From contig NC_087245.1 of assembly GCF_037042905.1 (NCBI RefSeq), positions 7,318,001 through 7,382,000 of the forward strand: 64,000 nucleotides of DNA, written 5' to 3'. Made by a program: the position numbers and the translations under genes. Positions 15,601 through 30,600 of this stretch are shown here, piece by piece; within the stretch, counting starts at the first letter, position 1, and each line of letters opens with the position of its first letter. The notes below the pieces were generated by a model. That model had not been told where the DNA came from. It ran no database searches and saw only the letters and a program-made list of their open reading frames with translations. Origin of the DNA: Lytechinus pictus (Eukaryota).

Positions 15601-18600
15601 AGATCAAAGTGCTCCTGTCATCATGAACTGTCCTGGAACAACAACGTCAACTGCCTTTGTGAATGCAAACTACAGTGTTGGATTCTGGGTAGCGCCTACT
15701 GCATCTGATCCTGGTGGAGATGTGACACGAACCAGTGACTACCAGCCACTTGATAGATTTTTCATTGGTGACACTCCAGTGACCTATGTCTTCACTGATA
15801 GTGCTGGCAATCAGGCTAACTGTACATTCATTGTAGAAATTACTGGTAAGATACTTTGATTATGAACATTGATAATTGTAATATTGTGTTTCTGAATCAT
15901 GCTTGATGTATTACATGTATGTTACTACATACATGAACATTTTACAGCGACTTTTATCACTCATAGCAAATATGTTTCCCCGGTAATTCTTTAGTCATTT
16001 TGATTGTTTTTTTTTAAGACATATGCAAGAATACTATTTCTCAGGTGTATCATCTACAGTTTAAATTTACTTTTGGTTAATCTTCATGTGTAGCATTTGC
16101 CATGCACAGAGAGGGAACAAAATAATGCCAAAAAATATGTGTCTAACATTATTTATAAGATCAAGTGTCTGGGGCAAAACTATGTGCGAAATGTTAAAAT
16201 TAATTGTAAACATCAGTCATGTCTTTTGAATATGTTACACTTTCTGATGGTGAAAATATCTCTGGATAGTTGTGATGATCCAAGTTTACCCAAATTTTCC
16301 TTTACAGATACCCAAGATCCTGTCATAACTGGCTGCCCATCCGATATCACAGTGGGTCCAGACCAAGGATTAGTGACCGCAGTGGTCAATTGGACAGAGC
16401 CTATCATCACAGACAACTCTTATTCTGTGACAGTCACTCAAAATGAATTCCCCAACACCGTGTTCAGCGGAGGTTCGGTGACTGTCACCTACATGGCTAC
16501 TGATCCCAGTGGAAACCCTTCCACTTGTTCCTTTACAGTCACAGTCACAGGTAACAACAAAATGACAAAAAGATCAAAAAGAGTTTGTTTTTCATGAAAT
16601 CTTGGCACCCAAAGACCCATGTCTTGAATGAAGATTTTAATGTTTTGACAAGCTACATGTAATATGTCTTAAATCAGTTATGGCAGAGGTGCAAATTATT
16701 GTCATATTTGGTACTCAAAATGTTGGGAATTGTCTGGGAGTGACAAGTAATGGCAGTTTTATTGACCAAAATATCGGCTGTCTAACATAATAAACATAAA
16801 TTTCATGCACTTTGGGCTCCCCATGAAACACACAAATGTTAACAATGATATTAGATCTTCAGGATAAAGGTTGAAATGTTCTTTATCCCTATGCAGATTC
16901 TGAACCACCAATGCTCAGTCAATGCCCAGGAAACATAACCCGTGCAACAGATATTGGTAATGCTACAGCCTTGATCTCTTGGGTAGAACCCACTGCCACT
17001 GACAATAGCATACCACCCAATGTTACATCAACGGCATATCCTCCTTCATACTTCAATATCGGAGAGACCACTGTGACATACACTGCTACAGATGCCTTCC
17101 AGCTTACAGATACTTGTTCCTTTATAGTGACTGTTATAGGTGAGAATTATCTTTTGAATAAATTCCATATCAACAGATCCTAATCATTTGATTAAAAATG
17201 TAGTTGGGAGTTTGTTTCGAGTTGAGATAAATCCGATTCAATAAGGGAGTGTTGTAATACGTCCAGAATTTCTGAGGGCGCACAGAAAGAGGCTGAGGTT
17301 TTGAAATCCAGTCATGTTGTCCTTTGTGTTACTTACATGTATATTGGGTATGCATCTTCTTTCTTCATTACCCTCTGAAGTGAAACTAATAAAGAGTTTC
17401 TAATGATTATGAGAGAGGTTGTTAGTTTTGCATTGCGCCAATCTAAATTCTGTCAAGGCAAATTGTAGAAACCTAGCAATCTGCGCAAGAATCATTAACT
17501 ACATGTATCTAATTCTTTGTATTGATTCCAGATGAGGAGTCTCCTGTAATATCCAGCTGCTCACCAGACGTGTCGTTTGTAGTTGACACAGATTCTGACC
17601 GGGTAAACGTGACCTGGGCCCTTCCCACCGTTTCTGACAACAGTGGGGTTGTTGGTCTGATGGCTAACATTGATCCAGGCACTGTATTGATGGTTGGAGA
17701 GTATGCTGTGACTTACACTGCAACAGACTCATCAGGAAACACAGATAATTGCACCTTTAGTCTCAGTGTGCTTGGTAAGCTATCTTATCTTGTATTCAAT
17801 GATAACAATAAAGTACCTATATATTCATTTTTGATGTAGCATAATATCACATTCATTGTCTATGTAGATACTTCAGTCAGCTACGGCACTGATTCGTGAC
17901 CTATGTCACTCAATGTTTATTTCTTGTGGTACTCATTTACACGTACATGTAAGAATCAAAGTCCTGCCAAAAATTATTGACTTAAGTAATTACAGGCGTG
18001 AATACAAGAATAATGATGATATTGATGGCAATAGAAATAAAGACAATGATAAAACGTGCTCTGAATAATGTCGAACCATAATCCATTTTAAGTTTTGTTC
18101 AAGTGTATAATAATCAGATCTCATATAGGAAAAACTCATGTAGCAAGGGTGTAATTGAAAATTTGAAGTGGCTTATTATTTCCATTGTATTTTATGGTTG
18201 TATATGGAACATATTTGGTTTAAAAGTGGCATTCTTACTTTGCATCCTTTCATTCATATTCTATACCTCTTCTTTTTTCTAGATGAAACCCCACCAACTT
18301 TCTCTGATTGTGACCGCACAATCACTGTTAACACAGACCCAGCCACTCCTACTAGTTTAGTTACTTGGAATGTATCTGCAACTGATAATAATGGGGTTCC
18401 TACAGTGCAATCAACAATGGTCTCTGGATCGTTGTTTAGTATCGGCAATACCACTGTTGACTTCACTGCTACAGACTCATCGAATAATACCAATACCTGC
18501 TCACTACTTATTCAGGTTATAGGTGAGGGTCTTTGAAAGCCTTGAAGAAAGGTTATTGTTATCCCTTGACATACCAGACATATTGCAGTTCCATGGGATT

Positions 18601-21600
18601 TGTGTGTGTTGTGTGTAGTGCAAATTCTGTCGACAATTTGATTTGCGTATTTTTTGTGTATCACAGAAAAATCTAGGCTTTTAATGCCCTGTTCTTGAGT
18701 GGATGGATACTGTTGAAATTCCTAAGAACTGTAGGATTATTCATATCTTGTGATTCACAAATATTTTGTTGATATTTTCAAAGTGCATGAATCGCCATTC
18801 CGAAGAATTTTGAAAGTTATACTTATATACAGACTTTGAGGGAATTGTAACAATGTATAGGGCAAAGATACATATTGTTATGTGTTTCATACAATAGTGA
18901 TATTGAATTAGATTGGCATATCTCATTCATGTTTAGAAAATAATGCATATATTCCTGTGTTCTTATCATTAATAGATAATGAAAATCCAAGATTTGAAAA
19001 CTGTTCATCAAACATCACAGTTAACACTGATCCCAACTCCAGTGTTGCAATGGTGACATGGCAAGAACCTACAGCTATTGACCACTCAGGTTCAGTAAGC
19101 CAGCAATCTGATATTGCTAATGGAGCATCATTCTCCATTGGACCTACAACTGTTACCTATACTGCTGTTGATGCAAGTGGAAACACTGCACTATGTTCCT
19201 TCATTGTGACAGTCATCGGTGAGTAGTGTAAAAAGTTGTGGGATTAAGCATGTATTTTTGACAATTTTTCATGGCTAGTCAACCATTTTATCAATGGTGT
19301 CACTCCAGTTCTCCGCAGCTTTCAACTAGTATTCAATGTAATATTAAGCCCATTCATTAGTTCTCGTATATGCTGTGATTTTGTTATGAAAAAAATGACT
19401 GGTCTAATTCCAATAAATCAAGGGGGAGGGGTTTTTGTATTTTAGATACATGTATAAAAGATTGTCATGCCAAATGGGATGTAATATCAATCATTTGATG
19501 TAATATATCATTGTACAAATTTTAATTCAGAGATTTTTTCAATTCAAAGCACAAGATGACCTGAATCTATCATTTTGTTTATCCTCTAATGTTTTTAGTT
19601 GCCCAAGATAATGAACACTTCATAGTTATATATTGTCACATTCAAGCCTTGGGTCTACTTTCTACTTTGAGACCTTATTATGTTTGTATTTTGCTGTTTT
19701 TATACAAGGCATTGTGGATGGAAAGGGAATGCATCATCCACCGTTGCATATACAGATACTGTTTCTTTTTCCAACTAAATAATAATTGATACCTTTCACT
19801 CACCTTTCATATCAGATGACCAATCACCTGTGTTCACTTCCTGCAACACCAGTACCATCTATCAGAGCACTGATCTGGGTGAGAACTATGCAACGGTCAG
19901 TTGGACCCTTCCTACTGCTACGGACAATGATGGGACACCTACAATGAGTTCTACATCTGACCCACTAGATCAATTCTCTTTGGGTCAAACACTGGTAGTT
20001 TACACTGCATCAGATAACTCTGGCAATCAAGTCAATTGTTCTTTCACTGTTGAAGTAACTGGTGAGTATCATGGATCGTGATCAATATTGAACAGGAATC
20101 GTAATGTTATTTCTGTAGGATCCTTCGTCCATTTTCTATTTTAGAGTTTTAACCCTAGTGGCAACCTCTTTTTTCCTTTAAAAAATTCTCTTCAGGATTT
20201 AAGGCTGTTTTTAATACAAAATATGAGGATGGTTACCACCCTTTCCTTTATTCTATTATACTGCTTTTTTGTAGTTGTCCTAAATATATGAAATTATATC
20301 ATTAGACCTAAGGTTTTAACAGCCCATCAGCAATATGCTTTACATGGGAATAATCAATTTCTGCAGTGACTTTGTTGTGATTTATATCTTGCTTCCATCT
20401 CATGTTTTCATGCCACTATATTTGTTTCAATCAAACAGACGATGAGCCACCAATGTTTTCAGGCTGCCTGACAGCAGGTGTTACGACCAACCTTGGATCT
20501 TCCCAAAGCTTTACATCAGTTAGCTGGGCAACTCCAACTCTATCAGATAACGTCATGGTTGCCTTCAATTCATCCTCCGCTACCCCGGGATCCATCTTCT
20601 TCTTTGGAACAACCATTGTAACATACTATGCTAATGATACGTCAGGCAATGAAATGCGTTGCTTGATTCCTGTTAATATTTTAGGTAACTATTACTCAGA
20701 TACATTGAGTTCAGTGATTGGAATCACTAGTCTGTATACATCTTGAATGATATTTATATCATAATATCCTAGTACGACATCCAAAGTCCTTTGGAAGAAC
20801 ATAAATGTGTTGGACAATTATATGATATGCGCTGTACAAGAATTCAATATTATTATTATAATTACTTTGTATTATAATCATTGTTTTGTTGCTCTTTTTA
20901 TTATTGTTGTTATTTTTAAACATTGGTATGAACAGCCATTGCAGACAACAAAATTGATATTCACTAGAAGTCATTAAGAAATCATGAAACCAATTGAAAT
21001 TATATTAGTATGTTTTACAAGATATGATAGTAAATTTCCAATTGATACATGTACCTGTAGGTCAGCTGAACTTTTGAGACTTTGATCTTAATTGTTTTTT
21101 TTCTTGGAAATCTTCAACCCAATAAGTTCACCATGAAACATTGATATTAGCCTGTTGATTAAATTCACATTTATATTTGCTTCTTCATTGCTATTTTCAT
21201 TTGATTGCCATTTAGATGTGACTGCGCCCAGTCTTGTCACTTGTCCATCAACGGTTACATACAACTCTTCTACCTACACACCTGGTCAAGGGCCTCTCTT
21301 TGTCACACCTAATGCTACTGATGCAGTCGGGATTCAGTCTGTCACATCCAATCTAGGCCCCTATGATAACTTCACCCTGGGTGCTACTACAGTTACTTAT
21401 GTCTTCAAAGATCTTGCTAACCTTACCACTTCCTGTGAATTTGATGTTATAGTTGAAGGTGAGTGGCATTTCATCATCTATTTCAGCCATATGCATCTTC
21501 ACATAGAATATCACAGAATCTATATACAATGTTTAAGAATTGTATTCAAAGTCATGAATTGCTATTTATACTTTTATGTGTCATACCTTGAGAGGGGTCA

Positions 21601-24600
21601 CAGTGTGATATAATATTCTACAATGCATTGCTTTGAGTACTACTTAAAAAAATATACTGTGTAGTGGTACGCTGACCTCACAATTTTGAAATCAGAAACT
21701 GGCAAACAAGTAAAATATTACATGTAAATGAGGAGGCAATATTATATTTATGTATCATTAGAGAAAGGTTGTTTTAAATCATCGATGTAAATTGATTAAA
21801 TACCATGTTTAAGTAATCTTTACAGATTGGACTTTATTCTCACGATATAGAGCTTTCAAAGACTATGAAGATTTTGTCTACATAATTTCACTGTGTACAC
21901 TAAGAAAAATTCAATTAAAAGGCACTGAATTCATTATGCGATAATATGAGAAATCTACATAGTCCATTGTACAATTTTTTACAGTTGTAAATTGATAATA
22001 TCAATACAAGCAAAATACAAAAATCCTCATAGCATTTCTCAGAATAAAGATGGAAACCTCTTTTGATAATTCGGGCCAATAAGGCTTGCTAGGAACAACA
22101 CTTTATAGGTAATGCATGCCAATTTGATTTTATTTTATTTCTTAAGAATTAAAGAGAATGCCTCGAGTGATAGAGTCCTTGAAAAAAGATATTAAGTTAA
22201 GAAAAAAATAATAATCCAGTCTAATGTGGTTTCGCATGAAAATATTTGAAATCAGTTGTAAATTTCTTTGCAGTTTTTCAATTGATATACCAATTTTATC
22301 TGTTAAAGATTAATTTAAACTTTTAGTTGCTAAGAGTAGAGTGGCAATCCTGAAAAAGTGCGAATTGGCATCCAAATCAAAGCCCTGTAACTGATTTTCT
22401 GACTATGAATAAACTTGTCACAAGTCTCTTGTAATGCCTCAACGCTTCTCATTTTTTTATTGATCTGATTGTCTCATTGTCTTTCACACAGATGATGAGA
22501 ATCCTACAGTGGACTTCTGTCCCACTGATCAGACATTGATGTTCAATAGCAATGGTTCTAGTGTCATCACAGTGACTTTGATGCAGCCAATCTTCTCTGA
22601 TAACTCTAATAATGTCACCATTGAGTCATCTCATACCAACTTGACTACACTAGCTCTAGGAAACCATACCATCACATATACAGCCTTGGATCCCTCTGGA
22701 AATATGGCTGTCTGTAGCTTTGTCATCACTGTTGAGGGTAGGTTATCTTTTAGATTGGTGCTTTGGAAATCACCAGAAAAGGGTATTCATTGTGGTCATT
22801 TGAAGACCACTTTCAACTAGTATGGGAAGCTAACGTCTGTGATAAGTAGTTTGAAACCTGATGAAGCAAATGTTTAGTGCTATAAAGCAAGTATGATTAT
22901 TACCACCTCTTCTCTGATTAGGTGAGTGGCTCTGTGAGGTCTGTGGGCTATCATACCTTCAAGTAATCATAAATATTCTTGATCTGTTTTGATATTAATG
23001 GGAATTTTATTTCACATGCACATAATTATACACCTGCCGTTATATTGCAGACCAATAAGTTATTACGCTAGTGTGCTAGGTGAATATGAATACATGTAGT
23101 ATTGATGATAACAAATAATAGTAAAAAAATAAAATGTAAGACTATTTTGACATGTCTAGTTATTCTGCCCATTTCCTTTGGTAGCAGTCACGATACAAAT
23201 CATCATTTTCATTTTCTCTTTGCAAGCAAATGTTTAGTGCTATAAAGCAATTATGATTATTACCACATCTTCTCTGATTAGGTGAGTGGCTCTGCGAGGT
23301 CTGTGGGCTATCATACCTTCAAGTAATCATACATATTCTTGATCTGTTTTTAAATTAATGGGAATTTTATTTCACATGTTCATAATCATACACCTGCCGT
23401 TATATTGCAGACCAATTAGTAATTAAGCTAGTATGCTAGGTGCATATAAATAGTATTGATGATAAAAAATAATAATAATGAAAAAAAAAACATTTAAGAC
23501 TATGTTTACCACATGTCTAGATATTCCACCCATTTCCTTTAGTAGCAGTCACAATACAAATCACCATTTTCATTTTCTCTTTGCAGATACCATTCCACCA
23601 GTCTTGTCTGCTTGTCCTGATGATGTCATTTTAGTATTAGCCAATGGTAGTTCAGTAGCCAATGTGACTTGGTCTGCTCCGACTGCATCTGATAATGGTG
23701 AAATTGCAGAGCTTGTGTCATCTCAACAGCCTCCAGCATTATTCCCTATTGGTGTAACTACAGTCACCTATACAGCTAGAGATACGGCTGGACTTACATC
23801 ATCATGCTCTTTCAATGTCACTATCATAGGTCAGAATAATAACTTATCACCCATTATTTGATTCAAATCTTTAGTCCCAATTGACAGGAAAGCATTGTAC
23901 ATTCTTTAACCGTTTTCAGGTCATTTTAATTAAGTCTCGTAAAGCATTTCATGTACTGCACTTTATTAAATTGGCACTTGATGAAATGTGGATAAATTCA
24001 TTTCAGCTCTATTTGCACGTGACATTTGTTTTTTCCGATGTTTTTAACTTTGAACCATGCAGTTGAACAGTATTTGACTATGTATCAATATCATTCTAAT
24101 TCTACTTTGAATAATGCCATAGAACACTGGTGTCCCCACTCCTGAAGCAAAGTCCCCACATCCTCAAATTATGTAAACTGACTAAAAAGAAACGGAAATT
24201 AAAAAAAACATTCATCCATCCCAACCCTGTATATGCGCATTGTACCTTTCTAAGAAATAGTGCTATAGACATGTTAGTATCATTATTATATTCACTATTG
24301 CTGATGTCTGTATTTGTTTATTTGAATACAGATGTTGAGTCGCCTGTAATATCGGACTGCCCTAGCAACATCACAGTGGAAGTAGGACCAATGGACTCAA
24401 CCTCCAATGTATCTTGGGTAGAACCAACTGCCAATGATAACAGCAACAATGTTGGTTTGACTTCCTCTCACTCACCTTACAGCATCTTCTCCATTGGTGA
24501 TACGGATGTTACATACACTGCAACAGACGGCTCAGGAAACATTGATACATGCATGTTTGTTATAACAGTCCTTGGTAAGTGTGTATCATAGTGAAAAGTT

Positions 24601-27600
24601 TCTGGTCACATTGAACTACATTGTATAGGAAGAATTGAACTACATCACATGTACATTTAAACAGTCAGATCATTATTTTTAACAGCCACACCCAACTATT
24701 AAAAAATGAACTTTTTTCATCTTTTTCTTTTATGAAAACGTCATCAGAATTTAAACCTTTAAAAATTAATGACAGTTTTATTAGTAATAATACTAGTAAT
24801 TAATAAAAGATACTTTCATGTTATTTCAATCTTCTATCAATCATTACATTTTTATTTGTTCTTCCTGTAAAGATCTAATTAATTTTTCAGCAATCATTAT
24901 CAACCAGTAGCAAGTATAATTTTAGTTCTAACCTATCAATTACCTCTCTTCTTCCTTTGGGGGGTCAGTTCCTTTATAATGAACAAACTCTCTGATGGAA
25001 GTCAACATGTACTTTCTTTATTAAAATATAGAAAGTGGTCTAGTTATTTGGTGCACACATAGCGCACTTTCCATCTTGATTAGATGCTCAAGGCGCTTCA
25101 GAGCAGAACAACAACAAAAGCTACAGTCAAACATGTATTAGTGGCCACCATTCTTAACAGGTATGTTTTCAGGTTGCCCTAGAAGGTGGTCACTGAAGTA
25201 TTGGTTTTCAAACATCTACCTTATTCAAGAATCAACAAAATGGCTTCATTTTCAGATTTTTAGATTTATTGCAGTAATTGCCAGCTTATGATGGCAGAGT
25301 ATTGACATGTATTCTTTCTCATACTTTTATCACTCAAGACAATGTGAATCCAGTCTTAACTTGCAAATCCGCAATCACCATTGCTACTGACCCCGGTCAA
25401 GCTACTGCTTCCAATATCAGCTCATATAACATGGCTACAGACAATTCAGGGACACCAGTATTGACCTCTAACTTACCCATGGATGAAGCTGGTCTAGGAG
25501 TGACCCCAGTGACCATTACAGCTACAGATGGGTCTTGGAACACAGCTATGTGTCAATTCAACATCACTGTAGTAGGTCAGTATTCAATCAAAATCAACAT
25601 GTTGTGATAACTTGTTAATGGAGGAAAAAAAAAATACACACACACACATATATATTATCATCACATGCATGTGGAAAGGGGCAATATAAATCCGCAGTAT
25701 ACTTGATACAGTGTAAATAGAAGGAACCTAGTCATTGTGAATATTGAAGGAATAGATCTAATTGAAATTTGAAAGGTGAGCCATTATGCCAGCTAATACA
25801 ATGAAATTATATATTTTTCTTATCCAGATAATGAAGGACCGACCTTTACACCATGTCCAGAAGACATGCATCTGAACACAACTAACGTTGCAAGCTGGAC
25901 CATCCCTGTAGCTTCAGATAACACAGGAATCATTGCAAGCTCTGTATTCTCCCATGAACCCGGTGTCTTCCCTGTAGGACCCACCGTTGTCAGTTACAAT
26001 GCCACTGATCAGTTTGGCAACTTTGGCACATGCCAATTCACTGTCACTGTTGATGGTACGTAGTCATCCATCTTTCAAGTCTGGTTTAGTCCACAATTGC
26101 AGGGGTGGGGACACCTTTATCTCATACCCAAAGAATTTGCTGTTCTTATACTTTGCCCTATTCCATGCTGCCTCCTTCAATCCAACCCTCCTACTTTCTT
26201 CCATTTGATTCCATGTCTTTTTCAGTCATTCCCTTTACCCTCTGACCATTCATCTGAAATTCAACCACCTTCCTCCTCAGAACATAATGAACATCATTCC
26301 TCAACACATGTCCGTATGTACTCCATTGAGTCCATTCGCCATTCCCATGTAATCCAACACTTCTTCATTAGGTTCAAAGTCTCCTTCCAGTCAGTTCTGG
26401 CAGAAACAAATTTATTTTGCTTTAACACACAAAAAATGGTAGGGTGGGAATTATCATGAATACATCGATGATCTTAGATGAGTGAGGACTTAGGTACCCT
26501 ACAATCTGTAAAGGGCTTATCACAAAATACAGTGGTATCACATTTTTTGCTCAATTAAAAAAGCAATTATATGATATTTATATTTCCCGAAGTAGTCTCA
26601 TATTGCCAGAGTCTTGACCGGTGCATGTCCATAAATTCATGTGAAAGAAGAATGTTTTATGTTTACCTTAACTCACCTACAGCCTCTGGTAGCCCTGTGG
26701 TATCTGGATGCCCAGCGGACATATCTGTTAACTCATCAGTAGGTACCTTCAGTGCTAATGTGACCTGGGTAGAACCTACTGCTACCGATAGTGATGCGGT
26801 CAACACCACTCAGTCACATTATCCTGGTCAATTGTTCCCTATCGGAGTGACCGAAGTGACCTACATCTTCACAGATACCACTGGCAGGTCTACATCATGT
26901 ATCTTTGATATCACAGTCATATGTGAGTATCTAATAATTACTTTTCTTGCCAGAAGTAAAATGGGTGTGTCAGATTAGTATCTACAAACTTCACATCAAA
27001 TTAACCATCATTTATCATTCATGAAACAGAAACAGATGCATTAAAAATTCAGTTAATATGGCACATAATGATGATATTTAATATTGTTGGTATTAGGGTG
27101 TCATTATTGTGATGATTGTAATAATGGTAATTAAGATGATGATAAAGATTATAGTAATGATATTTATGTTAAGAGCAAATACTTAATTAACAATCACATT
27201 ATTACTTTATTTGTACGTCCAATGTATGTTGTATCTGTATATTAACATGTAGATGGTAATATGTTGTGGTTCCAAATAGGAAAGAGATGCTGTATTGAAT
27301 GCATTTCTTACTAAACAAGGCTTTGTGATATTTCATTTTAGTATTACTAAGTAATCATGATTGCTTTGTATTTAATTCTTCCAGTACAAGGGGACACTGT
27401 GCCACCTGTCTTTGACTTCTGTCCAAGTAACTTCATTGCATACACTGAAGTAGGCAAGGGCTTTACCACTGTCTCTTGGCCTGAACCCATTGCATCTGAT
27501 GCCTCTGGACTACCAGTGACCCTCTCCTCTGACACTGTTAATGGAGATATCTTCCAGGTTTACAACTACACCGTTATCTATACCGCCAAAGATAGCGTCA

Positions 27601-30600
27601 ATAATACTGCCATGTGTGAATTCACCTTTCAAGTCTTAGGTATAGTTTGCTTTCATTTCTTCCCCTTTTTATTTATGAATCCCCATCGATGTTTACTTGT
27701 TGTGTTATACTTTGAATATTATGAGTTAAATTGTCATGGAATGTGCAGTACATTCACCAAAATAGAAGTCCAAGTGTGGCATGAAGACAGACCTTTTATT
27801 AAACATTCTTCCATTTTACCAGAAGGATGGCAGACGGCATACATATTGGGAAACAATTTTTTTGTTTTATCATCTAACAATTGCCAACTGTTCTCTCACT
27901 TTCATCCCTTGTATTCCAGAGGATTTTGCACCAGTTATTGAGAACTGCACTTCAGATATATCACAGGACACTGATGCTGGTGCTGCTAATGCTATGGTCA
28001 CCTGGTTGGTCCCAATAGGCAGCGATGCTAATGGTCCAGTTACCACTACTGCAAACTACTCTCCTGGTGCTATCTTTCCTGTGGGTACAACGGTTGTCAA
28101 TTATGATGTCATTGATGGCACCAATAACACAGCAAACTGCACGTTTAGTGTCACTATTTCAGGTAATAGAAACCTTCTTCAGTATTTTAAAAAGTCCATA
28201 TCTCTGTGATATATGCATGTAAATGTATGGTATTGTTGTTTCTCTTTCCCTCTTTTTAAAGGGGGATGGCTTCACAAGTTAAATGAAACATTTGAGTAAG
28301 TAATGTATACTGAAGTGAATGAAAAGTCCTAACAATGTTTTGTGAAAATTAACTTGTGAAATTCCCATTCTGAATCATGTATGAAATGTGTATATATATA
28401 TCATACAGCTCCTAGCTATAGAGTGAAAGAGATATCTGATAAAGATCAGATTAATCTATATATTCTTATGAAAATTCTTCGGAATTTTATGCCTCTTTGT
28501 TTAACAGACAATGAGATGCCTGCTTTCACGTTCTGCCCATCTGATGTGAATGTCTATGTTCAAGCCAATGAAACCTCTGGCAATGTGACCTGGCCGTTAC
28601 CCGTTGCTGTAGACAATGTGGGTGTAGTCAGTCTCGTAACTACTTCCTCGCAGGGTACTTATAATCTTGGACCTGTCAAGGTAGTGTACAATGCCCAAGA
28701 TGCTGCTGGCAATCAGGAGATCTGCTCGTTTACCGTTCAAGTCATTCGTAAGTATACATGTACTTGCATTTGCCTTTTCAAACAATTTTTGTTGCCATAC
28801 ATGTAATGGTATTTCTAAAATAATTTGGTCCCGTCATAGCTCTATTAATAAACAACAAGATACTGGGCATTGTAGATTCCCATTCTTCATCAATTAACCA
28901 TTAAACTTTTGTAATTTTGGCAAAAATGCTGTGATTAAGTTTGTACAAGGTGACTTGATGATAAGATTCAATTTTTCAATTCAATTTCAATTAATTTACC
29001 ATCTTTAAAAATCAGCATACATGTACATAAAAATATGACATGTAATAAACTTACATGTAGTACATACTATTTAAAAATGAACGATTACCCTTAATAAGCA
29101 AAGATATTTCAATTTTCATTTTCCAACCCAGATAAACCTCTTTCTGTCTGAAATGTAATGAGAAGTCGTTGTTCTTGCTCAGATAATCTCTGTGATATCT
29201 AGGCCCTGTAACACAAACAGATACAATTGATTGTTCAATTAGGCATAACTGTAAGTCTATGGATGACCATGTACAAAGAAGATATAATCAGTTGTAAACT
29301 TAATCATATCTCTCTATGTTACTCCCCTATTACAGAGGATCAAATACCAACCATAGAAGGCTGCCCCGATGACATCACCCAGTCTACTGACCCTGGTGTC
29401 AACAATGCCAGTGTGTCCTGGACTGAGCCTACTGTGACAGATGACAGAGACAATGCAACCATCTCCACAGACAACTACTCTCCTGGAGACACATTCCCTA
29501 TTGGGTCAACAGCAGTCATGTATACTGCCACTGATATCTCAGGCAATACTGTTACTTGCTCATTCACTGTCTTAATAAGGGGTAAGTAAGAGCATGAACA
29601 GATTCTCAACAAGAATCCTCAATCTCCCCGACCCACCAACTTCTCTCTTTGCAATACTTCACGACTTAATGAATAAAAATGAAAGCTTACTGCTTGCTTA
29701 AGATTCATTCTGTATAAGTCAGTGTAATAGACCCGTGGACAGAGATTTAGAATTACCATTGTGCTGCACTCTACCCAGCTGAGGTGAATGGATACCTGCT
29801 AGATTTGGTTTCTTGAATGTACTGAATGCTTAAAACAGAAGTTAGGGCTTGAGCTGGAATATACTGCGCCTCTGAATAGGCTGGGGTGAACATTCGAGCA
29901 TTTTTAATCTCAAGGCCTAGGAACTGACCGGCGTTTTGGCATGCCTACAATGCGTAATACACAAACATCGCATTCACACTTTGTGCTGAACGTCATGATA
30001 ATCGAGTTTACCCATTTCGTTATCTGGAAGTTTACTAATCTTTCTGAAATTTTCATTGCTGTTTCTAACATTATTTTATTGTGTTTCTTATACTTTATTT
30101 TCATCGCACTAAGGTCAGTGCTGTCATCATTAAGCGGATGTGACGTCACTCCGCCCCCGCCTATAGGCAACTAGATATAATATATCTAGTTCTGTGTTGA
30201 TGTTATATCTTATCAATTTAGGGGATGGTTTACACAAAGTATAGTGTGACTACATGTCGCAGTTGAATTCCCAGTCTCGTGCAATATATCACATATCACT
30301 TCATTGCTCAGATCATTATACTCTGGGCATGCGAATTACTGCGTATTAATCAATGAGATTACGTATTAGATATAATATGCATGTTGGCACTAAAGCATAA
30401 CTTTTAGCTACACTTAATTCTTTGTGAAACATCCTCAGATCCCAGTCTAACAAATAGTTACGATTGACCCAATCAATCACATCTATATGGAAATCCATCA
30501 GTGTCATAATTTTTTCTACCGGATATTTGCAAATTGTCCTTTGTAAATAAAGGAGAACACACCATGTTGTCAAGAAATTGATGAACTTATGAATATACAT

